A DNA stretch of 64,000 bases from an uncultured Planctomycetota bacterium (lineage in GTDB: Bacteria; Planctomycetota; Phycisphaerae; Tepidisphaerales; Tepidisphaeraceae): positions 768,001-832,000 of the forward strand of contig CAWJEN010000005.1 of the NCBI GenBank assembly GCA_963841915.1, read 5' to 3'. Position numbers and translations under genes: made by a program. The notes beneath the pieces are model-generated. The model was not told the origin of the DNA. It saw only the letters and a program-made list of their open reading frames with translations, and ran no database searches. Shown here piece by piece: positions 29,411 to 38,124 of the stretch. Numbering within the stretch: the stretch's first letter is position 1; every line of letters starts with the position of its first letter.

Positions 29411-30654
29411 GGCATTGGCACGCCGTCAAAGCGGAACGGCAGGCTGAGCCACAACGCGTGGCTTGGCACCTCGCAGCTGGCGACCGCCTCACCGACCGTG
29501 CCGGCACCGGCCACGAAGACGATGTCGAGTCCGAAGCCGCTGTCGTCACGTCGACGCGTCGCACCACGCCGCACCGGCACGCCACCGACGGTCACGCGGG
29601 CACCGTCGAGGCTATCGGTGATCAGCCGTCGTACGTCGTCATCAACGGGACGCCCGCCGCGCACCTGAAGGTGGAACGTGGCACGACCATTGTCAGGAGC
29701 GCCTGACACCAGTCGCACATCGAGCGGTTCACCGGCGACAAGCCAGAGACCAGGCGCGCCTTCGGGCTGCAATGCAGTGATCAGGTTGGCCCCGACGAGC
29801 CCTTCGACGCTGCCGACAAGCGTGATGCCTGCGGCTGAGGGCTGGGTCTGCGGTGGCGACAAGGCGAGCTCGCTCCGCATTCGACCTGCCGACCAGGTTG
29901 CGGCGGCGACGTGGATCGGCTGACGCGGAGGAGCGGCACCATCGAGATCACCGGCGGCGTCGACGACGGCTTGCGAGTCGACGGCGGGCGACGAAGGCAC
30001 ACCGACAGGCAACAGCGATCGGCCGTCACCGTCGGTGGCACGCGTCCACACGATCGCAAACTCACGCGGCCCGATCTGGAAACGCGGCTCGAGCAGCACG
30101 TCGAACGCGTACGTCACCTGTTCGTCAGCCGCCTGCTCCGCCAAGTCTCCGCCCGAGACAGTGGTGAGGTCGATTTTCGCCGTCCGCACGACCGACCGCA
30201 GAAGCACGAGGCCGGGCCCGGTCTCGCTGGCAATGCCGGAGAGTTGGCGACGGCTTGGATCAGCCTGCACGACCGTCATGCCGAGGTTGCGATGGCCACC
30301 TGCGTCGAGGGCGACGTCCCAGTTGTTGTTACGGCAGAGGCTCATCATCGCCTGCCAGAAGGTGCCGTCGACGGCGGTGACGTCGCATTCACCACCGACG
30401 GTGATCGAAAGGTCGACACCGGCCGAATCGGCGAGGCCGCGCAGGACCGTCATCGCCCGTTGCCGACCGGGCGCGAGCAAGACGCCCGAAGTGTCGGCGG
30501 CATTAACGAGGGAGGCTTGCGTCGCCTGCAGAGGCGTCGGTTCGCGGACAAGCGCCTTGGCCAACGCCGCGGCGTCATTGGTGGGCTCGGCTGCGACGGG
30601 GCTGATGGCGAGCAGGAGCATCGACGTGCTCAAGATGGTCCGGGACGTGGACAT
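29407..30654 (-). CDS. Hypothetical secreted protein
   Basis: Signal peptide (MLLLAISPVAA); beta-rich C-terminus ending LPFRFDGVPMP. Start approximate. Confidence 0.65.
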   Translation of the reverse strand: MSTSRTILSTSMLLLAISPVAAEPTNDAAALAKALVREPTPLQATQASLVNAADTSGVLLAPGRQRAMTVLRGLADSAGVDLSITVGGECDVTAVDGTFWQAMMSLCRNNNWDVALDAGGHRNLGMTVVQADPSRRQLSGIASETGPGLVLLRSVVRTAKIDLTTVSGGDLAEQAADEQVTYAFDVLLEPRFQIGPREFAIVWTRATDGDGRSLLPVGVPSSPAVDSQAVVDAAGDLDGAAPPRQPIHVAAATWSAGRMRSELALSPPQTQPSAAGITLVGSVEGLVGANLITALQPEGAPGLWLVAGEPLDVRLVSGAPDNGRATFHLQVRGGRPVDDDVRRLITDSLDGARVTVGGVPVRRGATRRRDDSGFGLDIVFVAGAGTVGEAVASCEVPSHALWLSLPFRFDGVPMP

Positions 30655-30882
30655 GATGCGACCTCCGACCGCCCGGTCGGGGCGGCGTGTGCGAGTGCTT
30701 CTTGCGAAGCGTCGGCGAGCGGGAGAACGGAGCGGCCCGGTCGTCTCGTTGTGCGGGAGACGCGTAATGCCGGACTTACTCACCATCGGCATGAACCGGT
30801 GACGCACTTGAGCTCGCGCCTACCGTGCCCGTTCCGCCGCGGTGAACGAGGTGCCGGCGGGCTTGGAGCGACGAGGCACGAC

Positions 30883-32259
30883 ATGGGCAGCCAGACGAAG
30901 AAACACCGCCCGGCCGAGATCGCCAGCAGCAGCGAGCCACTCATCGACGAGTCGCTGCTCACCGCGCAGGTCACGGCCGCGCCGCTGCTCCCGCCCAACG
31001 TCGGCCTGACCGAAAAGGCGGCCTCTGATTTTCGGGCGTGGCTTGCGTCGCAAGGCTGCGGTGACTGGATCATCTTCCACAGCGGCGACGACGAGTTGTA
31101 CGACGTCGAGCAGTACCTTGATGACCTTGTCGAAGGCCAAGGCGAGCGACCCGGCTGGCACGTCGCCCCGCCTCTGTCCAACGGCGAGGGTGAAGCGGAG
31201 ATTGTCGAGATCCGCAACAGCGACACCGACGCCGTCCTGCCCGGGGCGATGTTCCCGCCCGGCTTCCTGATCGTGCGTGGTCGCGGCGTGGCGCTTGCCC
31301 GGTGGTACTGGATCGATCCGGAGTTCAATGCGCCCGACACGCTCTGGCTGGCTGCCTGCGAGTCGGGCGAGGCCTATGAATCTCTGCGAGACAGCGTCAA
31401 GCAGCTCCGGCACGGAGGCAATCAATCGGTTTGGCAGGTCGTCAGAGGTTCAGCCTCACACGACGGGCCACGCGTCAAGCGGCGTCGCAATGCAGGCAAA
31501 GAGCTCATCATTGCAGACGAGTTGCAGAAGCAGGTCGATCGCGATCTGCTGGGCTTCTTCTCGCCGAAGGTGAAGCGGCTTTACAAGAAGCTGGACGTGC
31601 CTTATCGCCGCGGTGTGCTGCTGCACGGCCCGCCCGGTAACGGCAAGACGAGCCTAATCCGCATGATCGGCGGAAAGCTGCCGAAGGTGCCCTTCCTGTT
31701 GCTGCGGCCTGATCGAAATATCAACGCAGGCGCGTTCCGCGCGATCATTGACCGTTGGCAACGTCAGGCACCGGCGGTCCTGGTCATCGAGGACCTGAAT
31801 TGGCTGCTTGAACAGGTTGAGGTCAGTCAATTCCTGAACCTCATCGACGGCATCGAACGGGAGACGGCTCAGGGTCTGCTGCTCCTGGCGACGACGAACT
31901 ATCCGGAAAAGCTGGACCCTGCCGTGAACAACCGGCCCGGCCGATTCGACGTCGTAATCGAACTGCCGAACCCGGACGAGACCTTGCGTCGGGAGTTCTT
32001 CGACAAGAATCTCCAGGACGCGTCTGAAGAGACGCGACAGCAGGCGGCCAAAAAGTCGAACGGCCTGAGCTTTGCGCACTTGCGAGAAGTGCTGCGGCTG
32101 AGCGGTCTGCTCGCCATCGAAGAGACCCGTGACGACCGCACCGACGCCGACGTCATCAAGGCTGTCGAGCTGGTGTGGCAGAGTCACGACCGGGCCGTCC
32201 GCGGCTTCCCGAGGACGCCTGACTTGCCATTCGGGCTGCAGCATCAGGACCGTCGGTGA
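30883..32259 (+). CDS. AAA+ ATPase with unrecognised N-terminal region
   Basis: RRGVLLHGPPGNGKT (Walker A), VLVIED (Walker B), TTNYPEKLDPA...RPGRFD. Start trimmed to ATG 30883, after GAGG. Confidence 0.88.
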   Translation: MGSQTKKHRPAEIASSSEPLIDESLLTAQVTAAPLLPPNVGLTEKAASDFRAWLASQGCGDWIIFHSGDDELYDVEQYLDDLVEGQGERPGWHVAPPLSNGEGEAEIVEIRNSDTDAVLPGAMFPPGFLIVRGRGVALARWYWIDPEFNAPDTLWLAACESGEAYESLRDSVKQLRHGGNQSVWQVVRGSASHDGPRVKRRRNAGKELIIADELQKQVDRDLLGFFSPKVKRLYKKLDVPYRRGVLLHGPPGNGKTSLIRMIGGKLPKVPFLLLRPDRNINAGAFRAIIDRWQRQAPAVLVIEDLNWLLEQVEVSQFLNLIDGIERETAQGLLLLATTNYPEKLDPAVNNRPGRFDVVIELPNPDETLRREFFDKNLQDASEETRQQAAKKSNGLSFAHLREVLRLSGLLAIEETRDDRTDADVIKAVELVWQSHDRAVRGFPRTPDLPFGLQHQDRR

Positions 32260-32260
32260 T

Positions 32261-32652
32261 GTGATTGGCTGCCGGTCTCGTGGCGCTTGCCCTCAAGAGC
32301 GTGCTGGCGTTCACTTCGACACGCTGATGAAGAACAAGCGGAATGGGAGGCCGTTGTCTCCGCAGATGTACCGGCTAGAAGTTGCAAACGTCTTGCTGAA
32401 GCTCCATCGCCAGCGGAGACTGATCCTGGAACGGCTTAGCAGTTGCTGAATTTGGAGCAGCTCCTGAGTGTCGAGTGCGTCGACCAGTCGCACTACCTCA
32501 CGGCTGAGGTTCTTGAGGTCGCCCGCCAGCACCAGCTTTCGAGCTACGACGCCGAGTACCTGCGGCTAGCGACCGACCGCGGCTTGCCACTGCTCATGTT
32601 CGACAACAACCTCCGCCAAGCCGCCGAGCGGGTTGGCGTCGCCTTACTCTGA
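32261..32652 (+). pseudogene. Frameshifted VapC/PIN-domain toxin remnant
   Basis: One frame gives YRLEVANVLLKLHRQRRL and stops at 32449. A second frame gives LSSYDAEYLRLATDRGLPLLMFDNNLRQAAERVGV. The N-terminal PIN Asp motif is not recognisable. Confidence 0.75.
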
Positions 32653-33162
32653 GGCGTCGCCGTGCCACTTGATCTCCTCGGCGTCGCTCCAGAGGCCGTC
32701 AAGGTCGTAAAAGCTTCGGGACTCTTCGTCGAACACGTGCACGACGACGTCGACCAGGTCGAGTGCGATCCAGGCGTCGTTGGCCTCGCTCCGCTTGAAG
32801 CCGATGATTGACGACAGGCCGTGCTCTTCACCGAGTTCTTCGACCTGAACGCCGATGGTCCGCATCTGTCGCGGGCTGCTGCCGGTGGCCAAGACGAGTA
32901 CGTCGCAGACCGGTGACAGGCCGGCGACATTCAGCACACGGACGTCGCGACACTTCAGGTCGGCACACAACGTTGCACCGGCCTTGGCGAACTCGATCGC
33001 CTGCTCGACCCGCTGGCGACGCTCCGGTGACATCTCGCTGAGCGGCTCAAGCCGCGCATCAACGCCCGGCACCGCATTGGCGGCCTCAGGCATCTCTGCC
33101 TCGACCACGTCCTCGACCTGTGCATCTTCGTCCAACTCCTCCGGCCGCGTCGTCAAACTCAT
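32644..33162 (-). CDS. rsfS: Ribosome silencing factor RsfS
   Basis: DLKCRDV, WIALDLVDVVVHVF, RSFYDLDGLWSDA. Confidence 0.93.
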   Translation of the reverse strand: MSLTTRPEELDEDAQVEDVVEAEMPEAANAVPGVDARLEPLSEMSPERRQRVEQAIEFAKAGATLCADLKCRDVRVLNVAGLSPVCDVLVLATGSSPRQMRTIGVQVEELGEEHGLSSIIGFKRSEANDAWIALDLVDVVVHVFDEESRSFYDLDGLWSDAEEIKWHGDASE

Positions 33163-33215
33163 CTCGGCAAGTCTACGACGCTCGCGACCTCAAGGCCATG
33201 TCATATCAAGAACCC

Positions 33216-34217
33216 TCAACCACCGGCCACCACTTCACATTTGGGTTCACGGCTCATGAGCTCAGTCAGAGCCCGTCGCATGTCCACACCTTCGAACAGC
33301 ACCGCCGCCACCGCCTTAGCGATCGGCATCTCCACCTTTGACGTCTCGGCCAGTCCCAGCAACGCCCGCGTGGTGCTGACGCCCTCACACGTTGCCCCGA
33401 CCTCCTTCAACGCCGCCTCGAGCGTCCTGCCGCGCCCGATGAGCTCGCCAAGCCGTCGGTTGCGGCCGTCGGGGCTAAAGCACGTCGTCATGAGATCGCC
33501 CATGCCCGCCAGGCCGCTGAACGTCTCGGGCCTTGCGCCGCAGTGCCTGCCCAGTCGGCTCATCTCGACGAGCCCGCGGGTCACGAGACTCGCCTTGGCG
33601 TTGGTGCCGAGCTGCAGCCCGTCGACCACACCAGCCGCAATGGCGATTACGTTTTTTATGGCCCCCGCCAGCTCGACGCCGAGGGTGTCGGGCGTGGTGT
33701 AGACGCGGAAGTAGTCGGTGGCGAACAGGTCTCGGACACGATTGGCGTGGTCGTCCCACTCGCAGGCGACGACGGTGCCCGTCGGCTGACGGTCGACGAC
33801 TTCCTTCGCGATGTTGGGGCCGCTCAGGACCGCCAGAGGCCCGCTCCCGCCGCCTGCTTCTTTGAGAATCTCCGTCGGTCGCCTGCCCGTGTCACACTCG
33901 ACGCCTTTGCAACAGACCACGCCCGGCAAAGCACAGCCGTCCAGCGACGCAGCCACTTGGCGCAGCGTCTGCGTCGGGACCGCGTACACCACGATTGCGT
34001 CGTTCATTTGGCCGACGACGCCGATGTCGTCGCTCAGCATCCAGCGGTCGGACAGCGGAATGTCAGGCAGCTGCTTGCTCACACGCGTCTGGCGGAGCGT
34101 TGCGATGGTGTCTGGCCTGCCGACAAGGGTGACGCGGTGGCCGTTGTCGTCGAGCAGGCGCGCGCACATGACGGCCATCTGACCGGTGCCGAGGATGATG
34201 GCGTGTTCGTTGGCCAC
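33216..34217 (-). CDS. gpsA: NAD(P)H-dependent glycerol-3-phosphate dehydrogenase
   Basis: LSGPNIA, GVELAGAIKNVIAIAAG, GLAGMGDLMTTC, GRN, EMPI. Confidence 0.93.
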   Translation of the reverse strand: MANEHAIILGTGQMAVMCARLLDDNGHRVTLVGRPDTIATLRQTRVSKQLPDIPLSDRWMLSDDIGVVGQMNDAIVVYAVPTQTLRQVAASLDGCALPGVVCCKGVECDTGRRPTEILKEAGGGSGPLAVLSGPNIAKEVVDRQPTGTVVACEWDDHANRVRDLFATDYFRVYTTPDTLGVELAGAIKNVIAIAAGVVDGLQLGTNAKASLVTRGLVEMSRLGRHCGARPETFSGLAGMGDLMTTCFSPDGRNRRLGELIGRGRTLEAALKEVGATCEGVSTTRALLGLAETSKVEMPIAKAVAAVLFEGVDMRRALTELMSREPKCEVVAGG

Positions 34218-34223
34218 GCGGCA

Positions 34224-34233
34224 ACCCTACGGT
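34224..34233. promoter_or_regulatory. Candidate bidirectional promoter with overlapping -10 hexamers
   Basis: ACCCTACGGT reads TACGGT on + (34228-34233) and TAGGGT on - (34229-34224), within the 25-bp gap between divergent gpsA and prfA. Confidence 0.6.
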
Positions 34234-34242
34234 GCCGGTCCG

Positions 34243-35400
34243 ATGCCCGTTGCCGACGAGTCGACCCAAACGATCAGCTTGCCCTTCGACGTGCCCGAGA
34301 GGCACTCGGGCTGGCAACCGTTGCTTCAAAAGCTCGCTGGCGTGGCTCAGCGACACGCCGAGCTCCAGTCGCTGATGAACGATCCGGACGTGCTGAGCGA
34401 CACGCAACGGCTCATCAGCGTCAGCCGTGAGTCGGGCCAGCTCGCCGCCTCCACTGAGACCTACAGCAGCTACGCCTCTGCCGCCGGTGAGCTGACCGAT
34501 CTGCAGGAGATGGCCAGCGATCCCGAGATGGCAGAAATGGCCGCAAGTGATCTGCCGCGGGTCGAGGCTCGGCTCGACGAGCTGCTTGAGCGGGCCAAGG
34601 AAGCATTCGTGGAGGCAGACGAGGTGCCGGTGAGTCGATTCTTCCTTGAAATTCGTGCCGGGACGGGTGGCGAGGAGGCGGCGCTGTTTGCACGAGACCT
34701 CTTCGAAATGTACCGCAAATACGCCGAAATCAAGGGCTGGAAGTTCAGCGCCGACGACTTCAGCGAAAGCGAGAGGGGCGGCTTCAAGGAAGTCGTCGTC
34801 GGCGTCCAGAGCGACGAGGCGTACAAGAAGCTCCGCTACGAAGGCGGCGGCCATCGGGTGCAACGCGTGCCCGAAACCGAGACGCAAGGCCGCGTCCACA
34901 CGAGCGCTGCCACCGTCGCGGTGCTGCCGGAGCTGGACGACGTGGAGGTGACGATCGAGGCCAAGGACATCGAAGAGCAAGGCTGCCGCGGTGGCGGGCC
35001 GGGTGGGCAAAACGTCAACAAGGTCGAAACCGGCTGGCGGATCACCCACAAGCCCAGCGGCCTGCAGTTCAAGATCACCGAGCAGAAGTCGCAAACGCAG
35101 AACAAGGAACGCGCCTGGGCTTTGTTGCGGGCGGCTTTGTACGAGCGGGAACGTGGCGCTCAGCTCGCCGAACAGTCGGCCAGCCGAAAGGCCATGATGG
35201 GCAGCGGCGACAGGAGCCAGCGGATCCGCACCTACAACTTCCCGCAGAACCGGTGCACCGACCACCGCCTGGGTGGCGGCGGTGACGACGACGCAGGTTC
35301 GAAGAACTTCCCACTCGAAAAGGTCATGAACGGCGACCTCGACGACCTGTCAAACGCCCTGGCCGAGCTCGACCGCCAGCAACGCCTGGCGGCGTTGTAA
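34243..35400 (+). CDS. prfA: Peptide chain release factor 1
   Basis: LEIRAGTGGEEAALF, HRVQRVPETETQGRVHTS (PxT motif), GGQ, RIRTYNFPQNR. Confidence 0.95.
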   Translation: MPVADESTQTISLPFDVPERHSGWQPLLQKLAGVAQRHAELQSLMNDPDVLSDTQRLISVSRESGQLAASTETYSSYASAAGELTDLQEMASDPEMAEMAASDLPRVEARLDELLERAKEAFVEADEVPVSRFFLEIRAGTGGEEAALFARDLFEMYRKYAEIKGWKFSADDFSESERGGFKEVVVGVQSDEAYKKLRYEGGGHRVQRVPETETQGRVHTSAATVAVLPELDDVEVTIEAKDIEEQGCRGGGPGGQNVNKVETGWRITHKPSGLQFKITEQKSQTQNKERAWALLRAALYERERGAQLAEQSASRKAMMGSGDRSQRIRTYNFPQNRCTDHRLGGGGDDDAGSKNFPLEKVMNGDLDDLSNALAELDRQQRLAAL

Positions 35401-35413
35401 GCTCTTCGTCGAG

Positions 35414-36115
35414 ATGGAAGGCCCTTTGCCGACGCTTCAATATCGCTCGGCCAGCGATACGACCACACCAGTCGGACCCGCGGGTGGGGTCTTGCTAAAG
35501 GTCGCCCTTTGGCTGTGCCTGCCACTGCTTGTGCTGGCTTGGTGGGCCGGCTGGCACCGAAATGTGCCGGGCCGGATGGGCGTTCTCGGCTCTATTTACC
35601 TGTTATTCCTCGGAGCGCCATTATTTCTCGCGGCGGCTGTGTGTTGGAGTCGCGGGTTCTGGTACGCGAGAAGGACTTGGGACCTGTGGCAGGCTGAGCG
35701 ACGACGCATCGTCACGCTCATCGCCCTTCCGCCAATTCTGGGGTTGCTCGGATTGGGTTTAAGTCGCGGAGTGATCAGCCCGGGTCCGCCTGCTGTGCCG
35801 GGTATCGCGTCATTGGCCTCTGCCAGTTCCACGTGGAACACGTCCGCGGATGACTTCAGGAAGTCCGACAGTGGTTCATACAAGCCGCTCGTTATCGATG
35901 GAGTACCTGTCGAGTGGGTTGAGCTCGATCCGAGTGGTGGTGTCTGGTTCATCACCCGTCAACGTGACGCCGGGGGGTTCTTTTGGTCCTGGTTTTACGA
36001 GGGCATCGTCTACCGTCCAACCGCCGGCCACGACCCAGGTGGTAATCGCGGCGGGCCGACGCTCAAACCGTTAGGTAATGGTTGGTACGAGTTCAGAACG
36101 CTTTTGGTTGACTGA
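35414..36115 (+). CDS. Hypothetical membrane protein
   Basis: Three hydrophobic segments followed by a soluble domain ending PLGNGWYEF; visibly more T-rich than its neighbours. Confidence 0.65.
   Translation: MEGPLPTLQYRSASDTTTPVGPAGGVLLKVALWLCLPLLVLAWWAGWHRNVPGRMGVLGSIYLLFLGAPLFLAAAVCWSRGFWYARRTWDLWQAERRRIVTLIALPPILGLLGLGLSRGVISPGPPAVPGIASLASASSTWNTSADDFRKSDSGSYKPLVIDGVPVEWVELDPSGGVWFITRQRDAGGFFWSWFYEGIVYRPTAGHDPGGNRGGPTLKPLGNGWYEFRTLLVD
35825..35840. other. parS site (15/16 match)
   Basis: AGTTCCACGTGGAACA inside the 35414..36115 ORF. Confidence 0.75.
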
Positions 36116-36163
36116 GCGACCGACCTAAGCCACGGCGGATGAGGCGTCGTAGGGTTGGCCGCC

Positions 36164-36835
36164 ATGCTCCGCCAGGATGCGACGACTGCGACTCCCGACA
36201 CGCAGACTCAGAAGGGCATCGGCTTCGTCAAGCCCGCGCTGTCTCTTCTCGTCGCCGCCGGTCTGGCCGTGACGCTCTACGAAAAAGGGCTCGAAGATCG
36301 CGTCGAAATGAAGAATCTCGGCCTCGTCGAGCCGGGCTTGTGGCGTAGCGGGCAGTTCAGCCGCTTCATGGTCGGGCCAGCATTGGCATACGTGGAGCCG
36401 GATCTCATCGTCAGTTTGAGCGAGGACAAGTCGACGAACGCGGACAACATGGCCGAAAAGGCTGCGGCAGCTTCGGCCGGAATCGAGCGGGTTCATGTCA
36501 GCCTCAAGGGCGACGGCACGGGTGACCCGATGGAGTACGTCACTGCCCTTGGCTACGTCATCGACGCCCGTCGCGAAGGCAAGACGGTCCTCGTCCACTG
36601 CTACGCCGGCAGCGAGCGAACCGGGGGCATGATCGCTCTGTACCGCACGCTGGTTCAGGGAAGGCCAGCCGACGAGGCCATTCTCGACGAGCTCAGCGGG
36701 TACAAGCACGACGTCGAAGACGGCGTGCTCATCGACTACCTCAACGCGAACGTCGAAACGATCGCCACCGAGCTGCACGCGCGTGGCCATCTTGCCGAGA
36801 TTCCTCGTCCGCTGCCGCACTTCGGCAAGCCTTGA
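36164..36835 (+). CDS. Tyrosine/dual-specificity phosphatase family protein
   Basis: LWRSGQ; VLVHCYAGSERTG (CX5R); N-terminal hydrophobic anchor. Confidence 0.87.
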   Translation: MLRQDATTATPDTQTQKGIGFVKPALSLLVAAGLAVTLYEKGLEDRVEMKNLGLVEPGLWRSGQFSRFMVGPALAYVEPDLIVSLSEDKSTNADNMAEKAAAASAGIERVHVSLKGDGTGDPMEYVTALGYVIDARREGKTVLVHCYAGSERTGGMIALYRTLVQGRPADEAILDELSGYKHDVEDGVLIDYLNANVETIATELHARGHLAEIPRPLPHFGKP

Positions 36836-36888
36836 GCGCTGCGCCGCGGCGGCCGAATGGGGTCGCGGCGGGCGGTGGCGGGGGTGAA

Positions 36889-36904
36889 TGTTCCACGTGG
36901 AACA
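36889..36904. other. parS site
   Basis: Perfect palindrome TGTTCCACGTGGAACA, matching the widespread ParB-binding consensus. Confidence 0.9.
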
Positions 36905-36962
36905 TCGCCAACCCCCGCGGCGGGCTCTGGGCGGCGTTTTCGCCCTCTGCCGAGTCGGCGAA

Positions 36963-36978
36963 TGTTCCACGTGGAACA
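36963..36978. other. parS site
   Basis: TGTTCCACGTGGAACA, extending to a 20-bp palindrome at 36961-36980. Confidence 0.9.
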
Positions 36979-37149
36979 TTTGCGGGTCGCAAATCACGTC
37001 GGCGGGTCGTCCGCCGTCGGGGAGAAAACGATGTCTGCGGTAACCCTTCCTGATCGTCACTGCGACGTTTTGAGGTGGCGGTACGTCGGCGGCCCGATGT
37101 CCGACATCGTCCGCCCAGGCGGCCGCCGATGCGCAGCGCCACTCGACGC

Positions 37150-38031
37150 TCAGATCGTCTCGCGCAGCCCCGACTTCTGGCCGCCCGACAGCGCGTGGTC
37201 CAGGACTTCGTCGTGCAGGTGCAGCTTGGCCAACTCCTCGTTCATCTCCGTCAAGTCGTCCTGCGGCTCGTACCCCAGCAGCTCACGGGCCGTGTCGATG
37301 CTCATCTTCTTGAACCGGTTGTCGCTCAAGCCGTGGACCACTGCAAACTTCAGGTGCTCGGCCTCGACGGCCTTCTGCAACAACTGGTTCAAGTCCCGCT
37401 TGCTCACGAACGAGTCGATCAGGTGCACCGCCTGCTCGACCTCGTGGGCGTCGTCGAACTTGTGCGTCGGCTGAAACGCGCCGATGCGAATCGCGATGCA
37501 CTGCACGCCTTCCTGCTCGGCCATGTAGCGGCCCATCGCTTCGCCAAAGCACTTCGTCACGCCGTACAGGTCGCCCGGATTGACCGGGTCATTCGGGGCG
37601 ACCTGCCGATCGCTGACGTAGCCGCCGACGGCGTGGATCGAAGACGCATACACGACACGCCGTACGCCCGTGCTCTTGGCGGCGGCGAACATGTTGTACG
37701 TCCCGACGATGTTGACCGGCAGCAGCGAGTCCCACGTCGCACTCGGCGAGGGGTCGGCTGCCAGGTGCAGAACCACGTCGATGTCCTGGCACGCCTTGAT
37801 GCAGTCTTCGAGCCTCGTGACGTCGCTGACGATGACCTTGCCGAGTGTTCCGACCTTGGACGTGTCGTCGCGTTCGTGGCAGAGCAGCGTCAGGTCGTAC
37901 CGGTCTCCGGCGTGCTCGGCAAAGTAGCTGCCGATGTTGCCCGCCCCGCCGGTGACGAGGACGCGAAGCTTCCCACCGGCCGGTTGGTAGTTCGAGTGAA
38001 GGGGCTCGACGAGCGAAAAGGATTCAGCCAT
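37150..38031 (-). CDS. NAD-dependent epimerase/dehydratase (uronate dehydrogenase-like)
   Basis: VLVTGGAGNIG, HLAA, YASSIHAVG, YGVTK, IRIG. Confidence 0.87.
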   Translation of the reverse strand: MAESFSLVEPLHSNYQPAGGKLRVLVTGGAGNIGSYFAEHAGDRYDLTLLCHERDDTSKVGTLGKVIVSDVTRLEDCIKACQDIDVVLHLAADPSPSATWDSLLPVNIVGTYNMFAAAKSTGVRRVVYASSIHAVGGYVSDRQVAPNDPVNPGDLYGVTKCFGEAMGRYMAEQEGVQCIAIRIGAFQPTHKFDDAHEVEQAVHLIDSFVSKRDLNQLLQKAVEAEHLKFAVVHGLSDNRFKKMSIDTARELLGYEPQDDLTEMNEELAKLHLHDEVLDHALSGGQKSGLRETI

Positions 38032-38124
38032 GGGCAGCGTTGTAACGACGCCGCTCCATGCTGGCGATGGTCAAAACAAGTCCGCTTGTGCTGCGACGTT
38101 CGCACGCGGTGCGACACGCACCGC

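Noticed and set aside
29911..30882. N-terminal extension of the AAA ATPase ORF to 782 aa
   Set aside because: Overlaps a - strand gene and looks like shadow sequence; ATG 30883 is the more plausible start.
36836..37149. Possible CRISPR array or oriC
   Set aside because: Only two palindromic 16-mers that match parS; no cas genes, and I saw no DnaA-box cluster or AT-rich unwinding region.
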